Assembly: GCA_963809485.1 (NCBI GenBank)
Contig: CAWEJX010000020.1
Location: forward strand, 928,001-992,000
Direction of reading: 5' to 3'
DNA length: 64,000 nucleotides
From: an uncultured Acidobacteriota bacterium
GTDB taxonomy: Bacteria > Acidobacteriota > UBA6911
Part shown: positions 10,759-20,473 of the stretch, one piece after another
Numbering within the stretch: the stretch's first letter is position 1
Layout: each line of letters opens with the position of its first letter
The notes under the pieces: model-generated
Told to the model about the DNA's origin: nothing
Seen by the model: the letters and a program-made list of their open reading frames with translations, nothing else
The model's database searches: none
Made by a program: the position numbers and the translations under genes

Positions 10759-10769
10759 ATCCGGACAAC

Positions 10770-11795
10770 ATGAAGCAGACGATTCTTCCAGCCGCGTTCG
10801 CAGTAGCCCTCGCAATGCTCAGCGGCTGCAGCTATAAAACAGCGCAGGATGGGGAAACCATAACCGTTACGGACCAGCTGGGCCGCACGGTTACGGTCCC
10901 AAGGCACATGACACGCATATCTGCGCTCCATCACTTCGGCGGAAGGATCGTGTTTGCGCTGGGTCAACAGGACAAACTTGTGGAACAGAGCCTGTATGGC
11001 AGAGAGGCAAAAGCCCTGGCCGCGGTGGATCCGAAATTTGCGGCTATGCCCAAAACCCAGGCCCAGGACGGACACGCCATCAATCTCGAAAGCTTAATCG
11101 CTTTCGGACCGCAATGCGCGTTCGTCTATGCGTCCTTCGAAAAATCCGAAATGCAGCAGCTGGAAAATGCGGGGATCAAAGTCATTGCCGTCAAAGGAGA
11201 GACCCTGCAGGAAAGTTTTGATGCCGTCATGCTGATGGCCAAAGTGCTTGATTGCGAGGAAAAAGGCAGAGACTATGTGCGCGAATGTAGGCGATTGCTT
11301 TCACTGGTTCATGACCGTATCAAGGATATTCCTACCCCAAAACGCCCTCGCGTCATTTTTGCCGGCCCGAAAAGCATCTATACCCTTGCAACGGGCGAGA
11401 TGCTCCAAAGCCAGATGCTCGAACTGGCGGGCGCTGTGAATGCGGGTGCGTCATTAAGAGGCTTCTGGAGTGATGTTTCACCGGAACAGGTGGCCGCCTG
11501 GAATCCTGATGTCATTTTTATCGGATCGTCGCTTGCAACCTATGGAGTCCAGGAGGTGCTCCACAACTCACAGTTCAAATCCGTGAAGGCTGTCCGGAAC
11601 GGGAAGGTATACGTTTTCCCATCCAATATCGGCTGGTGGGATTACCCGGCTCCGCAATGTGTATTAGGCGTGGTCTGGACAGCGAAGACTCTCTATCCCG
11701 AGTGCTTCAAGGACGTGGATATTATCCGGATCGCCGATGAATTTTACGGCAGGTACCTGGGACACACATTCACATCCATGGGTGGTAGACTTTGA
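10770..11795 (+). CDS. ABC transporter substrate-binding lipoprotein (Fe-siderophore/cobalamin class)
   Basis: Lipobox LSGC, TVTDQLGRTVTVP, VSPEQVAAWNPDVIFI, AVRNGKVY, WWDYP. Confidence 0.88.
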   Translation: MKQTILPAAFAVALAMLSGCSYKTAQDGETITVTDQLGRTVTVPRHMTRISALHHFGGRIVFALGQQDKLVEQSLYGREAKALAAVDPKFAAMPKTQAQDGHAINLESLIAFGPQCAFVYASFEKSEMQQLENAGIKVIAVKGETLQESFDAVMLMAKVLDCEEKGRDYVRECRRLLSLVHDRIKDIPTPKRPRVIFAGPKSIYTLATGEMLQSQMLELAGAVNAGASLRGFWSDVSPEQVAAWNPDVIFIGSSLATYGVQEVLHNSQFKSVKAVRNGKVYVFPSNIGWWDYPAPQCVLGVVWTAKTLYPECFKDVDIIRIADEFYGRYLGHTFTSMGGRL

Positions 11796-11905
11796 TTCGA
11801 AAATCCAAAATCGGGATTCGAGATTGCAGATCGCAGAATCACATCCCGGATCCAACCCAATGAAAAAGCCTCACAAGCTATTCCTCCTGCTTTTCTTTCT
11901 GCTAA

Positions 11906-13199
11906 GGCGGCGGTAATAAATAAAGGTATCAACTGACTTTAGGAATGCGGACTGATGATGTAATTCCAATCACCATGAAACTTGCTTCGCTGTATATTCA
12001 CTCGATTCATTTCTTGTTCAGTGACTTTGCGTCCTGTCGGGTATTTCCGCCGATCCAGTCTACATGTCACCTTTAGCCCTTTTGCAGTTGTTGTTCGGGC
12101 AATTAAGTTAACAACCGTTTCGTAGTCGCGCAATGGCTCGCCCCGCCAATTCGAAGAGATGAATGAAAACAGTCGATGTTCCACCTTGTTCCACTTGCTC
12201 GTCCCGGGCGGGAAATGACACACGGAAATCGAAAGACCAGTTTCGTCGGCGAGTTTCTGAAGTTCCAGCTTCCAGAGCCGCAGCCGAGTACCGTTGCTGC
12301 CTCCTGCATCCGCGGTAATGAGCAACTTCCCGGAGGGTTTATACAAGCGGTGGCCCGCAAAGCGCCACCAACCACGAATCGAGGCCACGGCGAATGCTCC
12401 GGTGTCATGATCCGTACCCACCACTACGAAGCCTCTATTGTATCGAAGGTCATAGATGCCATAGGGATGCGCCCGCGGAACAGAGGGATGGGGAAAATCA
12501 TGACCATTTACTTTTAGAGGCGTTTTCGTCGGACGCCATTGTTGGCCTTTGTTTACGTAGTTACCGATCAGTTCCTTCTTTTTGGTATCCACTGAGATAA
12601 CTGGCATTCCGGACGCCAAGGCTCGTTTTACCTGTGTATTAATGTAACGAAATTGGGCATCACGATCCGGATGATCGCCTCCTTCCTCCAGCTTGCGGTT
12701 GCTTTGCAGACTAAAGCCTTGCTCCCGGAGAAGTTGCCCAACTTTTACATAGCTAATTGTATGATGCTGACGCGTGAGTTGCGATGCCAAAGCTCGTGTA
12801 CTCTTGCAAATCCATCGCAGCGGTGATTCGGGATCCCCGCGTGTTTCCGGTTCAATCATCTGCTCCAAAAAAAAGGACAGATTGGGATCGGTCGTTGTAA
12901 TTCGTTTCCTGCCGGCTCCGCTTCTCCGAATGCGGCCCTCGGGTAGGTGTATGTCCTCGTGAAGTTCCCGTAAGCCCAAGGCGATGGCCTTCCTTGAAAG
13001 CCCGCAGGCGCGGTGCACTTTGGAGACGCCACCATATCCCAATATTTTGGCTTCGTTTGCCGCGAATAGTCGCCGTGTTCGTTCATCCAAAAAGGGCCAG
13101 AGTGAATCCAATTTGTTGCGCAGGTCCGAGAGAGTTTTCATAATTCATGAGTATATCTCTCTTTACCACTAGTTGATACCTTTATTTATTACCGCCGCC
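11906..13199 (-). mobile_element. ISAzo13-family insertion sequence
   Basis: Perfect 29-bp terminal inverted repeats (GGCGGCGGTAATAAATAAAGGTATCAACT), 3-bp TAA target duplication, intact transposase. Confidence 0.93.
11939..13141 (-). CDS. ISAzo13-family DDE transposase
   Basis: GDPESPLRW, ISVDTKKKEL, LLITADAGGSNG, HFPPGTSKWNKVEHRLF motifs. Confidence 0.93.
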   Translation of the reverse strand: MKTLSDLRNKLDSLWPFLDERTRRLFAANEAKILGYGGVSKVHRACGLSRKAIALGLRELHEDIHLPEGRIRRSGAGRKRITTTDPNLSFFLEQMIEPETRGDPESPLRWICKSTRALASQLTRQHHTISYVKVGQLLREQGFSLQSNRKLEEGGDHPDRDAQFRYINTQVKRALASGMPVISVDTKKKELIGNYVNKGQQWRPTKTPLKVNGHDFPHPSVPRAHPYGIYDLRYNRGFVVVGTDHDTGAFAVASIRGWWRFAGHRLYKPSGKLLITADAGGSNGTRLRLWKLELQKLADETGLSISVCHFPPGTSKWNKVEHRLFSFISSNWRGEPLRDYETVVNLIARTTTAKGLKVTCRLDRRKYPTGRKVTEQEMNRVNIQRSKFHGDWNYIISPHS

Positions 13200-14168
13200 T
13201 AAGCCTGGGCATCTCGCTTTGCGTCGGGCGATACCCCATCGGGTTGCGGGGCATCGCGCAACTCCTGTTCTCGGGTTTGGGAATTAAGGATGTGCTTCCG
13301 CCGCCCAGCCAGGACACGCTGGTTATCTTCTGGAATGTGCGGCTGCCGAGAATCATCATGAGTTTCACTGTCGGCTGCGGCATTTCGATCGCAGGGGCCG
13401 TGTTTCAGGCATTGTTCCGCAATCCGCTGGCTGCACCTGAGATTTTGGGCGTTACTGCCGGGGCATCCTTCGGCGCTGCCATGGCCATCCTGTTTTTTGC
13501 CGGTGTGGCCCTGACGATACAGGGCAACGCCTTTATTTTCGGCATTGTTGCCGTTTCGCTCGCTTACCTGCTGTCGTCCAGGAGTTGGGACAAGAGTGCA
13601 TCGGTTCTGGTAATCTCAGGTATCGTGGTATCGGCATTCTTCCAGGCCGGGTTGTCCATTCTGATGTATATAGCCAATCCGTACGACCAGCTGGCGCAGA
13701 TCATTTTCTGGATCATGGGCAGTTTTCACACAGCTTCCTGGGCCAAGGTGGAGACCACACTGCCGGTTATCGTCCTGGGGTCGGCTTTGATGCTGGTTTA
13801 CCGCTGGCGGCTCAATATCATGACGCAAAATGAAGAACATGCCCTGGCGCTGGGAGTCGATGTTTTCCGCTGGCGATTCTTTTATATCGTTGTGTGCACG
13901 CTCATGGTCGCTGCTTCGGTTGCGGCAGCGGGAACGATCGCCTGGGTCGGGCTTATCGTTCCGCACATCGGGCGCTACCTGGCAGGCACGGATCACAGGA
14001 AACTGATACCTGCCACCGCTTTCCTGGGAGGAACCTTCCTGTTGCTGATGGACACTATGGCCCGTTCCATGCTGGCTTCCGAAATCCCCATCAGCATTGT
14101 TACGTCGGTGATAGGAGCGCCTTTTCTGGGGTATCTGGTCATAAGCAGAAAAAGCATGGGGGTATCCG

Positions 14169-14954
14169 GTGAGCTTGGCAGTTGAGCACCTCAGCGCCGG
14201 GTATGACAAGGTCCCGGTATTAGAAAACATAAGCCTGAGTGTCGAGCAGGGGAATATCTGCGCCCTGATGGGACGCAACGGAAGCGGAAAAACCACCATG
14301 TTGCGCTGCATCAACGCGATCCTCAAACCGTTCCAAGGAAGAGTGGTCGCCCAGGGGAAGGAGATTGGCCACCTCTCCCGGGTCGAGATCGCGCGCCTGA
14401 TAAGCCTGGTTCCGCAGGGCATTCAAACCGCATTTTCTTTCTCCTGTCTGGAGATGATCCTGATGGGCTCTGCCACCCGGATCAGGGCTTGGTCCGCACC
14501 AAGCAGAAAGGAGATCCAGCGAGCTTTGGAAATATTGGGAGAAGTGGGGATCCAAGCCCTCGCGCAACGCCCCTTCAACCAGCTCTCGGGGGGTGAACGC
14601 CAGCTGGTAATGCTTTCGCGCGCCCTGTTTCAGGACGCGCCGATTATGCTTCTGGACGAACCGAATTCCCATCTTGATTTTTCCAATCAGCACCGCATGA
14701 TGGCATTGATGCGAGAGATGGTTAAAAAACGCGGCTTGGCCGCACTGATTACGCTGCACGATCCCAACCTGGCTCTTTATTACTGCGATCGCATCGTCAT
14801 GCTTAAGGATGGCCGGATCGTCGCCCACGGTCCTGCCGGCGAAGTAATGGAAGATCATATTCTGAGGCAGGTGCTGGGGGAAAACATCCAGACCGATCGC
14901 ACAATAGGGGGGCTCCAGGTAGTAACGCCCCGGACGGCGATGACACAGAGGTAA
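14169..14954 (+). CDS. ABC transporter ATP-binding protein (FecE/BtuD-like)
   Basis: Walker A GRNGSGKTT, LSGGERQ signature, LLDEP, LHD. Confidence 0.92.
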   Translation: MSLAVEHLSAGYDKVPVLENISLSVEQGNICALMGRNGSGKTTMLRCINAILKPFQGRVVAQGKEIGHLSRVEIARLISLVPQGIQTAFSFSCLEMILMGSATRIRAWSAPSRKEIQRALEILGEVGIQALAQRPFNQLSGGERQLVMLSRALFQDAPIMLLDEPNSHLDFSNQHRMMALMREMVKKRGLAALITLHDPNLALYYCDRIVMLKDGRIVAHGPAGEVMEDHILRQVLGENIQTDRTIGGLQVVTPRTAMTQR

Positions 14955-14958
14955 AACT

Positions 14959-15966
14959 ATGAAGTGCAGCTATTGCGAATGGCATTGCCGGCTGGACACG
15001 GATCAATACGGCGTTTGCCGGATGTATTATGCCGACCAGGGAGAAATCAGAGAGCGCTTTCCCGGACGGTGGTCCTACTCGGTTTCAAGGATGGAATCAC
15101 TTCCTTTCTATCACGCCTATCCCGGCAGCCGTTCCCTGGCTGTCGGCACGAGAGGCTGCAATTTCAACTGCCGTTACTGTTCGAATGCCTATATTGCTCT
15201 CCAGGATCCGGAGGCGCTTTCGCAAAACACCTATACCATGACGCCTGACGAACTGGTGTGCATGGCGCAGAAGCTGAAGTGTCACAACATCGTTTTTAAC
15301 GTGAATGAACCCACGATGTCCCTGCCAACCCTGATGGAGCTGAAAAAAAGCGCCGGAAAGGCAGGCGTTCCACTGGGGTGCCTCACCAACGCCTATGGCA
15401 CCGAGGAGTCCACAGAGCTGCTGGCATCGGTTTTTGATTTTATAAACATCGGCCTGAAAGGAATTTCATCAGGCTTTTACAGAGAGTACATCGGCATCCG
15501 GGATCTGACACCCATATTGCGCAATGTACGCCGGCTGTGTGCCATCCGGCACGTGGAGGTCACCACGCCCGTCATCGAGGGCGGCAACGACAGCGAACTG
15601 GATGCAATTGCGCAATTTCTATCCGGCATTGACCGGGAAATACCCTGGCACGTTTTCCGGCTGCTGCCCGAATATGAGATGAAGAACGCGGATTACCCCA
15701 GTATCGAAAAAATTGGCCGGGCTCTTCAGACTGCCCGAGAAAAACTGGCGTATGTGTATTTCCACAATTTCGTGGGCTCGGATTGGGTCAGCACAACGTG
15801 CCCCAATTGCAGGGCGGAGGTGATCGAACGGATCAGCCTGGGGTGCGGCGGGGACAAACTCGATAATTTCCGCTGCCTCGACAACCTCTGCCCTGAGTGC
15901 GGGCATGCCATAAGAATGCATGGGCAATTCATGGCTCCCAGGGCAGAGGGTGCGGAGGTTTCATGA
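14959..15966 (+). CDS. Radical SAM enzyme (AmmeMemoRadiSam/PflX-like)
   Basis: CNFNCRYC motif, N-terminal CxxCxxxC..C, NEPT, C-terminal CPNC and CPEC. Confidence 0.85.
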   Translation: MKCSYCEWHCRLDTDQYGVCRMYYADQGEIRERFPGRWSYSVSRMESLPFYHAYPGSRSLAVGTRGCNFNCRYCSNAYIALQDPEALSQNTYTMTPDELVCMAQKLKCHNIVFNVNEPTMSLPTLMELKKSAGKAGVPLGCLTNAYGTEESTELLASVFDFINIGLKGISSGFYREYIGIRDLTPILRNVRRLCAIRHVEVTTPVIEGGNDSELDAIAQFLSGIDREIPWHVFRLLPEYEMKNADYPSIEKIGRALQTAREKLAYVYFHNFVGSDWVSTTCPNCRAEVIERISLGCGGDKLDNFRCLDNLCPECGHAIRMHGQFMAPRAEGAEVS

Positions 15967-17097
15967 GCCTGGCAATTGTGGATGCGAGAGAGTGGCAGAA
16001 CCTGTTGGACCTGCGGACCGGGAAGAAAGCCGAGGACGAAAGCCCGCAGACCTTGATGGTTCGCGATATTTTGAAGAGGCATCCCTACCCGGGAGATGTG
16101 GACGACCGAAGCAACCGATGGGTCACCGATACAGCATTGGATCTGGTCAAAGCCTACCAGCCGCAGCTCGCCTGCATTTTTTACGCCCATCAGTTTTTTG
16201 CTGGACGCTACAACCCGATGACGGATGATCAGCGGAGGAAAATGATCGAGGACGTTTTTCACGAGGTGCGCCGTTTGGTCGAGGAATCCGGATATACGCC
16301 CGTGATCGTTGGCTCGGGCGACATGGTTGAGGTGGCCGGGGAAATAGATCTGAGCAAGGTGGACGGTATAGCAATCTCGAGCCACTGGTCCGGCCGGTAT
16401 GCCGGTTTGCACAAGGCCAGCAGGCGCGACCTGGATTTCGTTCGATCGCTGGACCAGATCGAGAGGGTGGTCCGGCGGGACGAATGGATAGGTCTGTTTG
16501 GCGGAGCGGCTCACAGAACCGGAGCGCATACCGGAATACCTTCTGGTAGCCCGCGAAGGATGGACTTTTGTAACCACCGGGACCCCGATGCGCAGAGCTT
16601 TGCGGATACCGGGTGCGAGTTTCTCGATTCCTGTTTCCACGCCGTTGGGTCAGCCGGGCTCCATTACGGATATTCGCGCGCTGATCGAGCACAATCTGGG
16701 CAGCGCCAGGATCGCTTTGATCATCCTCGAAGGCCTGGGAATTCGGGACTTTCTATTGCCCTGCCATCCTTGCATCAATAGCGTGGATTGGTATTACTAC
16801 GAACCGGGGGACGCCCAATATCTGACGCTGACAACAGGCACCCACAAGGTTTTTGAATACCCCAGCGGGTATCAGTACCATGACGAAACCGACGCGAAAA
16901 CTGATTATCCGTTCTCAGGATATTTCCTGACGGTTCCGGAGAATACACTGGCGGGGGATTTTCCCGGAAAAAGCGTCGCGGTCGGCAACCACAGCATGTT
17001 CGTACACATGGTGTTCGGAGCCGATATCTGCATCGAGTGTTTCGCCCGAAACCTTGATAACCAGGGGTGCCTCGGCGTAATTCACAGGTTCAAGTGA
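15963..17097 (+). pseudogene. Hypothetical protein (possibly alkaline-phosphatase-fold related) split by a +1 frameshift near 16500-16516
   Basis: ATGA overlap with the radical SAM gene; the 15963 frame continues into the 16498 frame (..LFGGAAH/EPERIPEYLLVA..). Confidence 0.65.
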
Positions 17098-17304
17098 TTC
17101 GAGATTCGAAATTCGAGATTGAGCAAAGCTTTCGCTGATGCATTGCGCCTATGCCCGGCATAGGCCATCGATGATATCTTTGGTTGTTGGGATTTAACGA
17201 TTGGCGGACTTATCGGGAGGGCCGGAGTCGCTCAGAGCCCTCCGGCTCCGCCGGCCCTCCACTATCCAATGGCTAGAGTGATACCAACATAACATGCCTT
17301 TTAG

Positions 17305-17338
17305 TTGATTTCTAGTATTTTTTGTTATTTATTGTAAT
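17305..17338 (+). promoter_or_regulatory. Shared AT-rich promoter/operator, diverged copy 3
   Basis: TTGATTTCTAGTATTTTTTGTTATTTATTGTAAT aligns to copies 1 and 2 with one gap; upstream of AAGGAG RBS. Confidence 0.45.
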
Positions 17339-17374
17339 TTTTTTCTTTAAAGGCCAGACAAGGAGAATACTCAA

Positions 17375-18535
17375 ATGCCGACCCTGAGAAGGACTCCGAG
17401 TGGATTGATCCGCCTGTCCATCCCATTGGCGCTATTGGCGTTGTTGGGCGTAGCCTATTCTGCATACAAGGGCCACGCTGACGACAGAGATGTCAATGCT
17501 ATTGTGGCCGCCTATCCCGGTCTTAAGAATGCTGCGGCGGATTCCTGCGCCACCTGTCATAAGGGCGGCAAAGCTGCCGATCCCTGGAATCGCAATGCAG
17601 TGCGGAATGAAACCAACTGCGGTTACTGCCATGTGGTACACGTCAGGAGCAAGCGCGATGTCCGAGAGACCCTGAATCGCTATGGGGCCGATTATCTGGC
17701 CGCAGGTCGCAGCCTGGCGGCTATTAAGGCGCTGGCGGGCAAAGATTCGGATGGAGACAACTTCACTAACGAATCGGAATTTTTGCAGGGAACAAATCCA
17801 GGCGAAGCCGGAAGCAATCCGGCCGCGCGCATTGCGCCTCACAAAATTCTGGCATCCTCAGAAATAGGCAAATTGTCGCCTGCCATCAGCCAGAAGGTCT
17901 TTCTTAACACTTCGCACAACAAAGCCGGCGACTTCTACAACGTATACCGGGGATACAGGGTCTATGAAATGCTTCGCGCCGCCGGGATCGCCGATAACGC
18001 GGAAACGGTGGATTTTATATCGCTCGACGGCTTCGAAGGCACTTTTACAATGGACGAATTGAAGAAATCGTGGCCGCAAGCAACCCCGGTCATGGGTTTG
18101 AGCAAGAAAGAATACGGCCCCTGCGGATGGGTAAACTATAATGCACCTGGCCTGGACCCGAAGAAAGCATTACCGGATGCCAGAATCATGCTCGCAGTCG
18201 AGGAAAACGGCAAAAAGATCGAGACGGCCCGGCTTGACTCGGAAACGGGAAAAATCATCGGCACGGGACCGCTCCGCCTGGTGGATCCTCAGCACCGTAT
18301 CTCCCCGCCGGACGTGCCCATGTACGCGGAAAAAACATGCCAGGACAAGGCGGCGCCGGAGCACCGCTTCAATGAAAAATATGACCATAACGGCGGCAGA
18401 AGCTCCTTTGCCATCGTCGCCATCCGGATCAATCCGCTGCCCCGAGGCACCCGTGACTATCAATGGGAGAAAACCCGCGATCAGCTTGTGGCTGAAGGTA
18501 AACTGGTGATCTTTGGAGCCTTGAAAGGGCAATAG
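17375..18535 (+). CDS. Exported diheme c-type protein with sulfite-oxidase-like fold, paralog 2
   Basis: CATCH and CGYCH, AYKGHADDRD, DSDGD, DGFEG, GTGPLRLV, DHNGG; collinear with 6788-7987. Confidence 0.75.
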   Translation: MPTLRRTPSGLIRLSIPLALLALLGVAYSAYKGHADDRDVNAIVAAYPGLKNAAADSCATCHKGGKAADPWNRNAVRNETNCGYCHVVHVRSKRDVRETLNRYGADYLAAGRSLAAIKALAGKDSDGDNFTNESEFLQGTNPGEAGSNPAARIAPHKILASSEIGKLSPAISQKVFLNTSHNKAGDFYNVYRGYRVYEMLRAAGIADNAETVDFISLDGFEGTFTMDELKKSWPQATPVMGLSKKEYGPCGWVNYNAPGLDPKKALPDARIMLAVEENGKKIETARLDSETGKIIGTGPLRLVDPQHRISPPDVPMYAEKTCQDKAAPEHRFNEKYDHNGGRSSFAIVAIRINPLPRGTRDYQWEKTRDQLVAEGKLVIFGALKGQ

Positions 18536-18574
18536 AGAGGAAAGATTATTCGCCGAACAGGAGGAGACAGGACA

Positions 18575-19245
18575 ATGAAAAAGATGTATCGCGGGATTTT
18601 GGTCATGTTTCTCCCCGCATTCTCGTGGCCCAGTTTGCTGCCGGCCAGGGCACCAAAGAGCAGATACAGAAAATGCACCAGGACCCGAAGGCCTACGTCG
18701 CGATGCTGGAGAGTCCGGAACGCATATCGGAGCAGAAACCCGAAGAAGTCATTGCTGCTCTGGGCATCAGAAAGGGCGAGGTCCTGGCGGACATCGGCGC
18801 AGGATCCGGATTATTCGCTTTCCGTTTTGCGCCTCATGTGGGCGACAACGGTCGCGTCTACGCCGTCGATGTCAACTCGGACATGATTTTGTATATGAAC
18901 CGGCAAATCCGCGATAGGGGCATCCGGAATGTTGTGACTGTTCTCTCGGCTCCCGACGACCCGTTGCTCATGGATGCTTCCATCGACCGTTTTTTCATCT
19001 GCAATACCTGGCACCACGTGACGAACCAAGCTCAGTACGCGGCGCTGATGAAGAAAATGCTCAAGCCGGGAGGCCAGATTGTCGTTCTCGACTATAAAAA
19101 GGAGCAGCTGCCGGTCGGCCCTCCGCCCGAAATGAAGATGGCGCGCGAAGAGGTGATCCGCGGGATGGAAGCCGGCGGTTTCAAGCTGCAAAAGGAACAT
19201 ACCTTCCTGCCCTACCAGTACTTCCTGGTTTTCGCCGCACCATAG
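18575..19245 (+). pseudogene. Exported class I SAM-dependent methyltransferase with a 1-bp deletion near 18622
   Basis: RBS and signal peptide in the 18575 frame; LADIGAGSG, VYAVDV and LKPGG in the 18625 frame. Confidence 0.75.
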
Positions 19246-19290
19246 GCCTTTCGGGTCTCTGGAACCTCCGGGTCCCTAGCGCTCGAAGAG

Positions 19291-19692
19291 AGTCAGGTAC
19301 CTCCGGCAAAGCCGGAGGCTTGAAAGATTTGAACCGCTCAAAGCGGTTGGACTAGTTACGCCGGTCTTGAACGCTGACTTACGCAGGCAAAAGCCGATGA
19401 GGCGCTTCCGATCCCCGCAGGGGCCAGCGCTCCGCGCTGGACAGTTTTCTGCGGCGGCACTGTGGCAAACGCCGTGCGGCAAGGAAATGAAGGGTATGAG
19501 AAACCAGGCGTTTGCCACAGTGCCGCCGCAGAAAACTCCATCGGAAGCGCCTCATCGGCTTTTGCTCGCCGACCCTCGCCGAACAAAACGGCGTTTGTCA
19601 GCGCTTTTATCAGCGTTTCTCAGCGTTTCAAAATACGGAGCTGTCAAACTCTTTGAGTCGCCCGGCAGAGCCCGGGATTTACCAATGTAATT
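19291..19692 (-). mobile_element. Non-autonomous IS200-ended palindromic element, long form
   Basis: IS200-like end hairpins (CCTCCGGCAAAGCCGGAGG, AACCGCTCAAAGCGGTT, CCCGGCAGAGCCCGGG); nested 26-bp and 31-bp internal inverted repeats; no transposase. Confidence 0.8.
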
Positions 19693-19819
19693 GGCACGGG
19701 CCGCGAAGGCTCGAAGCATTCAATCCGGGCAGCAGCGAATTTTGCAGCCGGTGTTCGGGGGCCGGTGTTATGATTGGGCGAAAAAAGCGCATGCACCATG
19801 TACAAGGAGAGGATTGACT

Positions 19820-20161
19820 ATGGCATATACGTTTGATCAACTCAAAGGAATGACGGTTGCAGAACTGAGAGAAATCGCCGCGGGAATCGAGCATGAAGCG
19901 GTCAAGGGCTACACACAGCTGAACAAGGAACATCTCCTGACGGCACTCTGCACTGCCCTGAATATCGATACCCATACGCGGCACAAGAGCAAAGTCGCCG
20001 GCGTCGACAAAGCCGCCGTGAAAATCCAGATGAAGGAGCTTAAGAAGAAGCGGGATGCGGCGCTCGAAGCGTATGATCATGCAGAGCTCAAAGCCGTGAG
20101 GCGCCAACTCCATGAACTGCGCCGGTCCCTGCGCAAAGCCGCGGCGGTCGCAGCCAAGTAG
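19820..20161 (+). CDS. Small basic protein with Rho N-terminal-like domain
   Basis: Strong RBS; LKGMTVAELREIA..YTQLNKEHL pattern; coiled-coil C-terminus. Confidence 0.7.
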   Translation: MAYTFDQLKGMTVAELREIAAGIEHEAVKGYTQLNKEHLLTALCTALNIDTHTRHKSKVAGVDKAAVKIQMKELKKKRDAALEAYDHAELKAVRRQLHELRRSLRKAAAVAAK

Positions 20162-20473
20162 CAGCCACCCGGGCCCGGTTGCTTCCCAAAATCGTTGGAG
20201 TTTGCCCGCAAGCCTGAGGCAAATGCAGCGGTTTCAGGTTGCAGGCTGCAGGTCACGGACTGAAAACCGGCGCCCTGAAACCTGAAACTCCTAGCCCTGA
20301 GGGCTGTTCTCGCCTTATTTCTGCCAAACACTTGCCAGCACGTGCAGCAGAACAACGGATTTATTTTGATCTCAACAGTTTATCGCCCATAGCTTCCGAA
20401 TAATTTCCTAAAGCTGCTCTGGTAAACGGCCGAATAACGATCCGAAGAGCCTGGACAAATCTGAGGGGGAATT

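Larger units (their letters stand above)
11860..14185 (+). pseudogene. FecCD/BtuC-family ABC permease interrupted by an IS after codon 15
   Basis: Removing 11906-13199 and one TAA restores MKKPHKLFLLLFFLLSLGISLCVGRYP in frame with the 13244-14185 ORF (RLPR, QALFRNPLA, GTIAWVGLIVPH). Confidence 0.9.

Noticed and set aside
19276-19817. Small ORFs recurring in each repeat copy (for example ending SQRFKIRSCQTL)
   Set aside because: They arise from the palindromic repeat itself, with inconsistent starts, no RBS and no HUH motif
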